From a virus: a stretch of 64,000 nt of DNA. Of the stretch, positions 19,883 to 30,700 are shown piece by piece. The position numbers and the translations under genes are program-made. The stretch is taken from positions 41,517 through 105,516 of the IMG/VR virus record IMGVR_UViG_3300023174_000096; one strand, 5' to 3'. Every line of letters starts with the position of its first letter. Within the stretch, counting starts at the first letter, position 1. The notes under the pieces were generated by a model that saw only the letters and a program-made list of their open reading frames with translations, searched no databases and was not told the origin of the DNA.

Positions 19883-20985
19883 ACGCCCTCCAAGAGGGGT
19901 GCGAGGCTAGGTAGGCCGAAAATGTGGGGGTGGGTCTTCAAGTTCCTACCGGGGGTTTCCCATCGGTCGATCACCGACGAATAGCGGGAAGAGAGTGCTT
20001 CCCACAAAGGGTCACGCATAGACAAGACCGTGACGGGCTGGCCCGTCTCCCGCACGAAGGCGTCGATCTTGGCTTGGGTTGCGACCGTACCGTCCTCGTG
20101 CCTCCACCCCTTGAGCTCTACCCATCCGGCGGGAATCCCGTCCGGGTGATGGGCCAGTAGGTAGAAGTCGGGGGTGTAGTAGCTGCCGTCCGAGAGATGG
20201 AACAGCTTGGGCTCGTAGTTGTAAGGCACCGCAAGATGAAGGAGCACCCGGGCAAAATTCGCCTCGAACGTGGACCGACAGTAGTGCGGGATGCCCGCAC
20301 GGAATCCGCAGATGCCACGCCCACCACCTTGTGGTGCGAGGGTGCCGTTACGGATGCGGGACTCAAGGCTCTTGCGACGGGTCTCTGGGTCCCTCATCCC
20401 AATCATCGCACCGTCAGAGAATCGAAGGCGAAGGGCGTCAGATAGCTTTTCTGAATGGTCGGGTCTGGAACGAATTTCTGCAAGGATGACCCGTCCTCTG
20501 CGGCCAAGAGCCGCGCGATATTCTGGAGTGAGGTTATGGGACTTCCCCTTCCCACCCCTTGAGACGGCTTCTCGATGAGCTTCCGTTAGCGGCTTCCCGC
20601 GCCATGCCCCAGCGGCCTCGACCAGACGGGCGGACTGCATCTTCCGCTCGTCCTCACTGGACCACCTTGCCTTCGCCTTCTCGGCCATCTTCTGCTTGCA
20701 AGCGTCCGAGCGAGTGCGAGCTCCCGGGGCGTCCGTGAGGGCATCGGGATAGGCGGCGAGGTAGTCATCACGGGTCATCCCGTGAGCCGAGGCCAAGTGC
20801 GGTGTCAGCATTCGTCGAGACACCCCGCACAAGAGGCAGGAGACACGGTCGGTGGCTGGACTCCCCCGCTTCTGGAGGGACGGAGCCTTCCGGCACCCGT
20901 CGCACTTCACGTTGCGTGTCGCGGGTTTGTACCCCTCAACCTCGACACCACACGCCTTGCACCGGGGCATTTTGGCAGCATCCAT
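19879..20985 (-). CDS. free-standing putative homing endonuclease (zinc finger + NUMOD3-like repeats + PD-(D/E)xK nuclease)
   Basis: CLLC..HLASAHGMT..Y; RGKPLTEAHREAVS; RSTFEANFA..YEP..YTPDFYL..VELKGW. Codon usage is less GC-biased than the neighbours. Confidence 0.7.
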   Translation of the reverse strand: MDAAKMPRCKACGVEVEGYKPATRNVKCDGCRKAPSLQKRGSPATDRVSCLLCGVSRRMLTPHLASAHGMTRDDYLAAYPDALTDAPGARTRSDACKQKMAEKAKARWSSEDERKMQSARLVEAAGAWRGKPLTEAHREAVSRGGKGKSHNLTPEYRAALGRRGRVILAEIRSRPDHSEKLSDALRLRFSDGAMIGMRDPETRRKSLESRIRNGTLAPQGGGRGICGFRAGIPHYCRSTFEANFARVLLHLAVPYNYEPKLFHLSDGSYYTPDFYLLAHHPDGIPAGWVELKGWRHEDGTVATQAKIDAFVRETGQPVTVLSMRDPLWEALSSRYSSVIDRWETPGRNLKTHPHIFGLPSLAPLLEGV

Positions 20986-21029
20986 GATATGCTGGCATAT
21001 TACCCGATGGTGTGGGGCTTGTCACGAGA

Positions 21030-21689
21030 TCACGTCGTAAGACGCCAAGAGATCGTGAGAAGAGAGTTTGCGGGCTTTACCAGAACCCCCATGACTGTGT
21101 AGTTCGCCAAGATGTCCAGCGGGGCAGCGGGGGCCGGGTTGAGGTTGATCGTCGGATCGTAGGTCGGGAATACCGCCGGGACCGGGTTGGTCACCAATGG
21201 GTTCGTGGACCCAGCCCGGATGAGCCCCATCTCGTTGAGCGGACCCACGGCCTCGCTGGCCCCGAAGGTCGCCGTGAAGTCCACCACGTTCGTCGGGTAG
21301 CTCACCGCCGCGCCCGTAGAGCTACGGAACTGCACCGACGAGAACGGCTTACGGGCGAGCTCGCTGTTGAGCCGCCGTTGCCGGGGGTCGGGCGCGTCCG
21401 GGTTGAGCAACGGTCCCGTCGCCCCGGTGCCCACGGCGAGCATCGTCAACCCGCCTTGGTACAGGGCGGTGGGAGACGCGCCCGACGCGAGGAGAATCGC
21501 GACGAGGATGCCACCGTCGAGCGTGACGATGTTGGACTTCTCGCGGTGGTCCAGCACCTCGCCCGTGTCGGCGTCCGTGAGCTCGATGATGTACGTCCCG
21601 CGAAGGGAAATCACTCCGTCCGTGTGGCCGAAGCTGAAGCCCGACTTGAGGGCCTCCCGGGGCGTGTTGAACTTGTCCTCGTGACGCAT
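21030..21689 (-). CDS. baseplate/tail-collar-like structural protein
   Basis: NIVT..LAVGTG..LNSELARK..FTATFGASEAVGPLNEMGL resembles tail-collar fibre N-terminal domains. Late motif upstream. Confidence 0.65.
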   Translation of the reverse strand: MRHEDKFNTPREALKSGFSFGHTDGVISLRGTYIIELTDADTGEVLDHREKSNIVTLDGGILVAILLASGASPTALYQGGLTMLAVGTGATGPLLNPDAPDPRQRRLNSELARKPFSSVQFRSSTGAAVSYPTNVVDFTATFGASEAVGPLNEMGLIRAGSTNPLVTNPVPAVFPTYDPTINLNPAPAAPLDILANYTVMGVLVKPANSLLTISWRLTT

Positions 21690-21703
21690 ACCCACCTCTG
21701 GTT

Positions 21704-21715
21704 ATAGGCGGGAAA
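21704..21715 (-). promoter_or_regulatory. candidate late promoter motif TW-N6-CTAT (representative copy)
   Basis: TTTCCCGCCTAT here and at 41347-41358. Related copies at 8257, 11717, 18523, 22068, 32251, 39339, 41259, 43058 (minus) and 45058-45069 (plus). Confidence 0.6.
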
Positions 21716-21739
21716 CCCTACCGCGAGGGGCGGGGGATG

Positions 21740-22045
21740 TCAGACGGGAGGTTTGCCGCGAAAGGCACGGATGCTGGGGGCGTTGGTTTCCACGACCTCC
21801 TTCGACCCGTCTTCCCACTGGATGAGAGACTTGAAGGGCTTCGCGGAGGTCATCTTGAGGATCGTCCCGTAGACCGATCCGGTTCCCTTGGCGTCCGACT
21901 TGACCACAGAATACCCGACCTTCCAAGGTGAGGTGGCACCCTTCCCCGGAATAGCCGCTTCTTTGAGGAGGGGCAGGAGGTGCGGACGAAGTTCGGGCTG
22001 TTGGTGCGCCAGCCGGATGACCTTGGAACGGAGAGTGTTGCTCAT
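21740..22045 (-). CDS. leader-bearing small protein (copy 3) with SH3-like beta domain
   Basis: [31 protein letters not shown], then WKVGYSV..GTIL..IQWEDG. Confidence 0.7.
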   Translation of the reverse strand: MSNTLRSKVIRLAHQQPELRPHLLPLLKEAAIPGKGATSPWKVGYSVVKSDAKGTGSVYGTILKMTSAKPFKSLIQWEDGSKEVVETNAPSIRAFRGKPPV

Positions 22046-22090
22046 GATGCCTCAATGGCGTGATGGAATAGACTCTCAAACGTCTGGGAC

Positions 22091-25000
22091 TCAGCCCCAC
22101 ACCTGTTGCTGGCTCCCGTCCACCCAGACGGTGACCACTCCCGGTGCCGCGCCCGTTCGCAGGACGAAGAGGGTCTGGCGGAAGGTCGTGCCCTCGTCGG
22201 TGCCCCGCACCACGCCATCGGAGGGACCCACGGCGTAGAGCATCCGGGGCTCTGCGTTGGTGGTGGTGGGTGACCCTTGGCCCGAGAACGGGATCACCGT
22301 CCCGGTCCCCGTGATGAACGAGTACGTCCCGAGGGGGCCACCATCGAAGCCGTTGCCCGACGCGAGCAGGGCGTAGCGGTAGGTGCCGGGGCCGCGCCCA
22401 CGTCTGACCGCGCCCATGCCCGCGTAGTTGTCGTTGAGGTAGCTGCCCGCGAAGGCGAACTCGGTCGCGCCCCAAGAACCGTTCGGGCCGGGACCGCCCT
22501 CGCAGTACGAAGACAACCGCCCTCTCTGCCCGCCGTCCTCGATCTGAAAGAACTCCAGCCGCTCGTACAGGTACTCCGGGTCGTCATCGAAGCGCCGCAC
22601 GAGGTACTGGTCGCGGAAGGCGTAGTCGGGGTCGAGCGGGACGGCAGTCCCCACGGGCACTGGGAGAGCGGGCGTCGGCCCACCGTCGCCCGAGGCCGTC
22701 GAGGCGATATCCGTGGGGAGGGTCACCGTGGGCGGCGCGCTCCCAGCTTGGGACTGCTGGAACGTGGGCGTCCCCTCGTTCAAGATCGTCTGCGACTCAG
22801 GGAAGGGCTGAGATTGCAGGTAGGTATTGGTGACGGGCTTTGCCGGGGCAAAGACCACGTTCACCGGGTGGTTCCGGGTGGGCAAAGCCACCGAGAGCGT
22901 GAGCTCTTGGCTGTCCTTGTTGAACCGCCAGAGGTTGAACGGGAGGGTCGCCCCGTCCACTCGCACGGCAAACACCCTATCCGCGAAGATGTGACAGGGA
23001 CGGAGGGACACCCGCTGCGGCGTGACGCTGGCGACCACCACTTCTTGGGGCGTCGTGTCCTTGAGGTAGTCGCCGCTGTTGACCACGTTCCAGCGGTTCA
23101 GCACCATCCCCTGCGGCGCGCTGTAGTCCACGGACGTGTTGGTGAACACACGGTAGCGGACATCATCCCAGACGGAGAGCACCGAGCCCGAGGGGTTGAG
23201 CGGTCCGAAGAGGGCCGTCCCAAACTTCTCCGTGGGGGTCACCCTTGGGAGTCGCCCGTACTCGACGCGCACCCAACCCGCCGTGGGGTCCAACGACTGC
23301 GTGGCGAAGTCGTTCGCGTAACCGGGCGGGGCAGGGATGTCCGGGCGAATGAGGGTCGCGCCGAAGGTCGGGTCCATGAACAGCCGCACCCAGCACCGCA
23401 CCGACCAATCCATCGAGGTGATGGTGGAGGAGGGATCACTGTTCGGGACGTTCAGCCCGTCCGTGCGGGGGAGCGCCCAGTTGTTGATGTCCGCCTCGTC
23501 GCCGCCCAGAAAGAGGCCCATCGTGCGGAAGAGGTTGGGAATCCCTTCCTCCGTCCCGCCGTAGCACACGCTCCGAAGGGACGCGCTGAACGACCCACCC
23601 GCCGGGGCGTCATGGAGAACTTGCACCTGCCCCGCGCCAGCCCCGAAGGCCCCGATGGGCACCGTGGCTTGGAGGGTGCCCTCGATGAAGAGGTCCACCG
23701 TGGCCGCGCCCACGTTGTAGACGAGTCGGTAGGTCCGTGCTGCACCATCGTCCCACGGGATGGTTACAATCACCACCGCCCCTCCGTTGGGTGCAGGAGA
23801 GAGGACGATGCACCCCGCACGGAAGTCGAGGTACACGTCGTTGCCGCCGAAGGTGCCCGCGAAGGTGAGCCCGCATCGACCCGCGCCGTCCAAGGTGAAG
23901 TCCGTGAGGGCCACACGGAACTCCAAGAAGCGCCCGACGCACGGTGAGTAGTAGGGCACCAGCGTGCGGTAGAACGACCAAGCGTTGTTCCCGTCCCCCG
24001 TCAGGAGCATCTCCGGGCCGTTCGGGAAAGCACCCCCGGCGTTCCCTTCCCACCCTTGTTGGTGGTAGGGCACCGAGCCCACGAGGGACACCGTGTCGAG
24101 ACGGTGGATGCGCTTGCCGAGCGCGCCTTGGTTCTCGTACCGGAGGGTCGCCGCCCGAGCCTCACGGTGGGTGTCCCGCATCACCAACGTGCTCCCGCCC
24201 ACACCCGCCGTGTCTCGCGCGACGGTGAACCTCCCGTCGAGGGCCGAGACGCGCCGCCCGGTAAGGAAGGGGTCCGTGTAGCCGTAGCCGTAGTAGGTGC
24301 CGAGGCCCGCGTCGGCGGGCGTGCTGGTGATCGCCACCGAGGCACCCGAGGTGCGAGTGTCCCCGAAGGGCGTGGCGAGATACCAATCCCCGTGCTCCGG
24401 GTCCGTGGCCGTGCCCGTGAAGCCCGTGGGCACCATGCGCCCCGCGCTCACCGACGTGACCGTGATGCTGGCCCCGGGAGAGCCACTGGAGTTCGTGGTG
24501 ATGGTGACGAGCGCCCCGGCGCTGGTGGCCGACAGGTAGTTGGGCGCGAGCACACTGGCGTTGATCGCCGCTGCCAAGTTCTCTGCGGTCGCGGTCAGGG
24601 ACGACCCAATCGCGAAGTTGGTCCCCGCCGTGAGCGTCACCACAGGGCCGAGCACTGGTGCCGCCGAGGCATTGAGGGTGACCGTGTCCCCCGCGAGCGG
24701 GAGCGCCGTGAGCCGCACCGTGGCCGTGGCCCACTGCGAGTCCACCACCGTCCCCCGCGCGTAGGTGTACGCGCCGTCAGGGGTGCTGGCCACCCGCACG
24801 AAGTCCCACGTCGTGTCGTTGGTCGCCGCCCGGTCGATGGAGCCCCAGACCATGCGGCCAAAGCCCTCTGGGAGGATGTCGGGACCGAGGTAAGCGGGCG
24901 AGGCCAAGATCCCGGTGCCGACCGAGGTGGTCGAGCCCGAGGCACCGCCAAACACCACGGTGACCGTCTGGCTCCGGGTGTTCGCGTACATCCGCCATGT

Positions 25001-27763
25001 GGAAAGACCCTCGTCCCAAGGGGTGTCGAAGTACAGGGTCACGTCCCGGTTGCCGAAGAGTTCGGGATTCGCCGGGAACACGGGCGACACCACCAAGAAG
25101 GTCTGCCCGGTGCGGGACGACTGATAGAAGTCCTCGACCGTGTAGACCCCCGTCTGCGTCCCCGTGAGAACTTGGAACTTGTCGCCCACGGACAGGAGCG
25201 TCGGGAGGCTGGTCGTCGGGACGGTCACCACCCCCTGCGTCGCGCCAAACTCCGGTCGCTGGACCCGTCCCTCTGCGGACGGCCCCACCTTCCAAGAGCC
25301 CACGCTGGAGATATCCCCCGGTCGGAGGAGAATCCCGACGTGACGGAGCACCTCACCCGTCAGCGGGTTCGGCACCTCCAGTGCGCCCACGAAGAACAAC
25401 CGCTGGTTGTTGTGGAACCCGAAGCCAACCCCCGTGAACACCCCGTCTGGATTGGCCTTGTTGACTTGGATGCGCGCCGCGAGGGACACGTTCGTGCTGG
25501 TCGGCAGCGGGAAGTCTCTCTTCCAGTACGCCACCGTCGTCGGGCTGTTGTCCACGAGGGTGTAGTAGCCGTCGTCCGAGACGAACCCCTGCGGAGTGCC
25601 GACATCCACCCAAGGGAACGTCGGGAAGACCTCGCCCTCAAAGCGGAAGCTCTGGGGCGACACGTCGGCCACGGCATACGGGACAGACACCCTCCCCGGC
25701 GCTTGGTTGAGCAGCATCGTGGTCGGGGAGTTGAGGCTCGCCGTGTAGCCCTTCTCAAACCCGATGAACCGATGTGCAATCTGGAGCGAAGGCAGTCGTC
25801 GGGGATACCGCCCGAGAGCCACTCCCATCTGGAAGCGCGTCGAGGGGAGGCCCCCGTACAGGCCCGACGAGGGCTCCAGCACTGTGGTGGTCGCGTTGCG
25901 CCCCCGTCGCAGGGACCACTTGTTGAGGGTCAGCCCCTTGGTGTTGAGACCCTTCAGCCCCTCGACAGGGCTGGGGAACCAAGTGTAGGACACCGTCACC
26001 GTGTGCGCCCCGGGCGCAAAGCTCGTGATCGGCGCGGCGAGAGTGATGACCCCCGTGTAGGGGTTGAGGGCACTGACCGTGACGGGCACGCCGTCGTAGA
26101 GGACGGTGACATCCGACACCTCTGCGGGAGTGCCATCGCCCCAAGGCTTCACCAAGGGGCCGAGGGACGTGGACAGGGAGTCGAAGGTCAGCACCCCGTC
26201 CCCAAAGAACTGAATCGCCACGTCCTCGTTGGCCACCGGGATGGGCACCCGCACGCCGAGGTGGTCCACGTTGACCGTGTAGGAGATCCCCGTGCCGGGG
26301 GTCATGATGCGCGGCAGCACCCGAAGGTAGGACGGCGCGGGACGGACAGACGTGCTTGGGCCGAGGGGTAGAAGCCCACCCGTGAAGCCCACGGGGCCAC
26401 CGTTGAGGCCGAGGAGCGTCTCCAAGAGGTAGGTGCCAGCGTTCGGTCCCGTGGTGATCGTGAGGGTCTCGCCCTCGACGCACGGGGCAAAATTCTGGGT
26501 GGTGTCCGTGAACGCCCCTTGGCTCACCGTCACGAAGCCCGTGAGGCCCGTGGGAGACGTGGTGTACGCGCGCGGCACCGGGTCGTCGCCGTAGGGGAAG
26601 GGCACCACCGCTGTCACCCGGTAGCGGTTCTCGCGGGGAGTTCCGGGAGAGGGGGCGACGACGGGCACCACCAGTTCCGCGCCCAACCTCACCGAGCGGA
26701 ACGACAGGGTGGGGTCGTGGAACAGGTAGCGGTCGGCACCCACCACACCGTTGGTGCCCGTGAGGGCGCGGATGCCCGAGCAGTCGTGACGGAAGTCCTC
26801 GTAGTAGTACGAGGTCAGGTCCATCGCGGTTACTTGGTCGGTGATGAGCCCCCGAAGATTCTCGCGGAAGAGATTTCTGTACTCGTACAGGGTCGCAGCG
26901 GGGCTGAGAGCCTGTAGGACGAGAGCGACGTTGCGCTGGAGCACCACCGGGAGGTCGGGGAAGGTGGAGAGCAGGTCGTGCGTGTGCTGCGACTGTCCCG
27001 TGCCCGCCGCGTCGATCACCACGAAGTCCACGATGCTGTGGGCGTGGGCGGGACCGCTCCCCGAGGCGTACACGGGGTCCACGGTCTGACCCGCGCCGAG
27101 CGCGTTGACGGTGACGGTGTGGTAGTGCTCCGTGACCGAGAGAGCCGTGGTCGAGAGGGTGCGGTTGTACTTCTCGACGCTCACCTCAAAGGCGAACTGG
27201 TCGGCCATCGTCCAGAGGACACCGGGCTCGTCCAAGAACAGCACCTTCTGGAGAAGCGTGATGTTCGCGTCGGTGAGCGCCTCGACCCCCTGTACCAGCG
27301 TCACGCCCTTTGACCCCTGCAACAGCAGGGCGACCATGCGCTTGAGGAACTCCCGGTAGCTGATGTCGCCATTGATTTCCGGGAGGCCCGCGTTGGGGGC
27401 GTCGGGGAACACCAGCGTGGCGAGGAATTGGTACAGAACCTCCGTGCGGGTGAAGTCGTAGTCGCTGTCCTCGTAGGCGTCGGCCAAGAGAACTTGGATC
27501 TTGGCGAGCTCCTCCGCGACGGCTTGGAACTGCTGGACGTAGTAGGGACCCTTGGTCTGCGAGACGTAGTTGCTGGGCAGGGAGTTCAGGAACACCCGCA
27601 CGATCTGGTCGGCCAGCGCCCGCACGCGGTCGAGGTCGATCTGCCCGTGAAGGTTGAAGGGCGCGGGGTTCTGCGGTTCCGGTCCGTAGACGAACGGCGG
27701 GAAGAACCTGTACAGGCCGAAGATGTTGGGCTGCGCCGGGAGCTTCACGGTCACTGGTATCAC
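22091..27763 (-). CDS. very large baseplate wedge/tail protein (1890 aa)
   Basis: Coupled downstream of the baseplate J-like gene. N-terminal LPSNY..YREFL..L..GS is gpI/wedge-like; the remainder is beta-rich. Confidence 0.7.
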   Translation of the reverse strand: MIPVTVKLPAQPNIFGLYRFFPPFVYGPEPQNPAPFNLHGQIDLDRVRALADQIVRVFLNSLPSNYVSQTKGPYYVQQFQAVAEELAKIQVLLADAYEDSDYDFTRTEVLYQFLATLVFPDAPNAGLPEINGDISYREFLKRMVALLLQGSKGVTLVQGVEALTDANITLLQKVLFLDEPGVLWTMADQFAFEVSVEKYNRTLSTTALSVTEHYHTVTVNALGAGQTVDPVYASGSGPAHAHSIVDFVVIDAAGTGQSQHTHDLLSTFPDLPVVLQRNVALVLQALSPAATLYEYRNLFRENLRGLITDQVTAMDLTSYYYEDFRHDCSGIRALTGTNGVVGADRYLFHDPTLSFRSVRLGAELVVPVVAPSPGTPRENRYRVTAVVPFPYGDDPVPRAYTTSPTGLTGFVTVSQGAFTDTTQNFAPCVEGETLTITTGPNAGTYLLETLLGLNGGPVGFTGGLLPLGPSTSVRPAPSYLRVLPRIMTPGTGISYTVNVDHLGVRVPIPVANEDVAIQFFGDGVLTFDSLSTSLGPLVKPWGDGTPAEVSDVTVLYDGVPVTVSALNPYTGVITLAAPITSFAPGAHTVTVSYTWFPSPVEGLKGLNTKGLTLNKWSLRRGRNATTTVLEPSSGLYGGLPSTRFQMGVALGRYPRRLPSLQIAHRFIGFEKGYTASLNSPTTMLLNQAPGRVSVPYAVADVSPQSFRFEGEVFPTFPWVDVGTPQGFVSDDGYYTLVDNSPTTVAYWKRDFPLPTSTNVSLAARIQVNKANPDGVFTGVGFGFHNNQRLFFVGALEVPNPLTGEVLRHVGILLRPGDISSVGSWKVGPSAEGRVQRPEFGATQGVVTVPTTSLPTLLSVGDKFQVLTGTQTGVYTVEDFYQSSRTGQTFLVVSPVFPANPELFGNRDVTLYFDTPWDEGLSTWRMYANTRSQTVTVVFGGASGSTTSVGTGILASPAYLGPDILPEGFGRMVWGSIDRAATNDTTWDFVRVASTPDGAYTYARGTVVDSQWATATVRLTALPLAGDTVTLNASAAPVLGPVVTLTAGTNFAIGSSLTATAENLAAAINASVLAPNYLSATSAGALVTITTNSSGSPGASITVTSVSAGRMVPTGFTGTATDPEHGDWYLATPFGDTRTSGASVAITSTPADAGLGTYYGYGYTDPFLTGRRVSALDGRFTVARDTAGVGGSTLVMRDTHREARAATLRYENQGALGKRIHRLDTVSLVGSVPYHQQGWEGNAGGAFPNGPEMLLTGDGNNAWSFYRTLVPYYSPCVGRFLEFRVALTDFTLDGAGRCGLTFAGTFGGNDVYLDFRAGCIVLSPAPNGGAVVIVTIPWDDGAARTYRLVYNVGAATVDLFIEGTLQATVPIGAFGAGAGQVQVLHDAPAGGSFSASLRSVCYGGTEEGIPNLFRTMGLFLGGDEADINNWALPRTDGLNVPNSDPSSTITSMDWSVRCWVRLFMDPTFGATLIRPDIPAPPGYANDFATQSLDPTAGWVRVEYGRLPRVTPTEKFGTALFGPLNPSGSVLSVWDDVRYRVFTNTSVDYSAPQGMVLNRWNVVNSGDYLKDTTPQEVVVASVTPQRVSLRPCHIFADRVFAVRVDGATLPFNLWRFNKDSQELTLSVALPTRNHPVNVVFAPAKPVTNTYLQSQPFPESQTILNEGTPTFQQSQAGSAPPTVTLPTDIASTASGDGGPTPALPVPVGTAVPLDPDYAFRDQYLVRRFDDDPEYLYERLEFFQIEDGGQRGRLSSYCEGGPGPNGSWGATEFAFAGSYLNDNYAGMGAVRRGRGPGTYRYALLASGNGFDGGPLGTYSFITGTGTVIPFSGQGSPTTTNAEPRMLYAVGPSDGVVRGTDEGTTFRQTLFVLRTGAAPGVVTVWVDGSQQQVWG

Positions 27764-30700
27764 CTATCGTTGTCGTAAGTGAACGTCACATCACCGAGGA
27801 CGAGATACTCCATCGAGTTGGGGTCGATGTCTTTGTCCCCCAAATCCGTCGCGGTGATGTAGGTACACCAGTAGGTGTGGTTCGACGGCGCGTCCCCCAC
27901 GGGGAGGGACACCAGCACTCGATTCCTTACGGAGCCAGTGCCCGTCCCGTAACCGGGAATCACCTGCCCGTCCGCCCCGATGATGTAGGCTTGGTTGGGC
28001 CGCATCCCGAGGTTCTGGGGCGCGGTCACTTGCAGTGTGAGCTCCGCGTCGTCTTGGAAGACCCCACGGAACTCATTGGGAGGCCCGCCACCCGTGAGCG
28101 TCGGCGCGTCGAGTTCTTGGAGAATCAGCCACACGGCGTACTGACCGTTGGACCATGCGTTCACTCGGAACGAGTCCCCGAAGGTCGCCGTGGACAGGTC
28201 ATTGCGGACGATCTGGTAGCCCGCCTGACGGACCATCTTGGTGAGCGGGACGACGACGTAAGAGACGCCCGCCGTCCCGTCGATCTCCGCGATCACGTCA
28301 CTCCGTCTCATCGGGTCGCCCAGCTTGAGCGTCCCGATGAGGTACTGGAGGTTGTTGCGGATCGCGATGTCCACGTTGGTGCGGTCGAAGCCCCGCTTGA
28401 GGATCACCGTGGCGGTGATGTCCACGGGGATCTGGACGGCTTGCTTCGCGAGCACATCCGACGTGGCGTGGGCCATGTCATCGAGATCCTGCTGGAGCAC
28501 CGAGGTCACGAGGTTGGTCTGGTACGCCACCACAAAGTTCTCGTAGTAGCTGTACGAGATGGTCACCGTGTCACCATCCGCGATGGCGCTCCCCTCCGTG
28601 CGTCGGATGCCCGCTGCGACGGTGCTGGACCCCTCGATGATGGTGTAGTCGGGCGATCCGCTGGGGTCGTAGGGGCCTTTGTAGGTGACCGTCCCTGATT
28701 GGTTCTTGACCACGATGGAAAGGGTCTCCGCGCCGAGGTTGTACAAGAACTCGGTGTAGAAACCCGTGACGACGTGGGGCTCGTCCACCACGGGGATGAG
28801 GTTGCCCGAGGGGGACACCACCGTGGGGTCAGCGGACTGATTGATCTGGAGGTAATCCCCCGCTCTGGTCGAGTACCCGAGGCCCAAGGGGCTGTTCGGG
28901 CGCACGAGCGTGTAGAGGGAGATGTCCACCGGGCCGATCACCTCGCCCGTCACGTTCAGAATCCCCGACACGGGCTGGCGCGTGAAGACGTGGCGATTCC
29001 CGAGACGGAACCGGAAGTCCCCCAGCACGATGTCGGTGAGGGTGACCGGAGGCTGCGGGATGGTGATGTCAAGCTGGATGGTGTTGAAGTTGAGGTAGGT
29101 GACATTCGTGAGGTCGAACGTCTCTCCCGTGGTTACATTCTTCAGCCCGAGTCCGTAGGTGGGGTAGTCGAGCATCTGGGCGAGCGGGTTGTCGGGCGTG
29201 ACCTCTTCGCTCACCACCCGGAAGACGTAGTTGAGCGGGCTCCCGATCACCACGAACTGCACGTCGTTGCGGCGCTCGTAGGTGAAGGCAAAAATGTCGT
29301 TGACGGTCACGGTGCGGACACCCCGCGCCCACACGTCCACCTTGCCTCCCAAGTGACGCTTGAGGGTGGTGTCGTAGTCCCGCTGCATCAGCGGGTCGCC
29401 CGCCCGGACCACGACGTTCTGAATCGTCCCCGGCACCCCTGCCGCGACTTGGGCCATACCCTGCGTCGTCCCGGTGTCCACGGACGCGAGGGCCGTGCGT
29501 GCCCTCGCCGCCAACTGGGCGTTGGTTTCCTCGTTGGCTCCCCCGAAGGTGGCAGCGTCGTTGGTGACGGCCATCCCGTACACGTTGGAGCCCGTCAGTT
29601 GGCGCGGTCCGACGTTGGTCACCGTCCCCACGGTCAACGCCCTCACGGGCACCGTGACCGAGTACTCCCGCGTCGAGGGGTTGTAGTAGCTGGCGAGCAG
29701 GGCCACGTCCATGACCGCCGAGCGAGACGTGCGGAACTGCACACCCCCGCCGAGGATCACGGTCCCAAGCGGGATGGTGATCGTGCGCGTCGGGGGAGAC
29801 AACGTGAAGAACCGCACTTCTCCCACGGCGGGAGTGCCCGCGCGTCGGATGACCCCGAAGTTCGCCGCGATCTTGTCGAAGCTCCCGTCGATGACGCTCT
29901 GCACGTCGTCCACGTTGGAGTAGAAGAAGGCCGCTGCGAGGGCCGTCTTGTACGCCGACGAGGCGGGAGGGTTGGATACCCCCGAGCCCGTGGGGTCGTC
30001 CACCAAGAGCAGGGTGTCGAACGAGCTCGCGCGGTACACATAGTCGAGCAGCAACCGAAGGCGCTCTGCCTCCGTGGTGAACGGGTCCAAGAAGATGTCC
30101 CGCACCACCGAGCCGGGTTGGACCGCGATATCCGGGTTCTGTCGGTAGATGGTCGCGATGGCGCTCTCAAGCATCTGCTGGCGCGTGACCGCCGTGAGCC
30201 CGTTGATCTGCTGGCGCACCTGCGCTGGAGCGCCCGCCACCTCCGAGGAGAAGTAGGACTCGTACTCGACCTTGATGACCGGGTCGTAGTAGATCGCCGT
30301 CGCGACGTAGTAGAGGAGATCCGTCGAGGGGGTGCTCGCGAACACGCCGCTGAACACCGTGGCGGGGTTGGACAGGGCGTTCGCGGTGCGGACGTGCGTG
30401 AAGCTGAAGTAGTTGATCGTCGTGACCGACGACACGGACACGTTGGTGCGGATGGTGGTGATGTCACTGGGGAGCTCCACCCGCGAGTCCACGTCCGTGG
30501 ACAGCACCACCTCGCTGCTGTTCTCTTGGTCGATCTTGGCGCGGTAGTAGAGGGGCGTCGCCGTCTGCGCCACTGCGTCCGCCGTGAGGGCGTACAACTC
30601 TGTCGAGTTCTGCACGGGGGTGCCCGTGGTCACCCGGTTCACGTTGATGATCCGGTAGCCGTCCGCGCCGCCCCCCTGCGTCGTGGCCGCGTAGAAGTTG

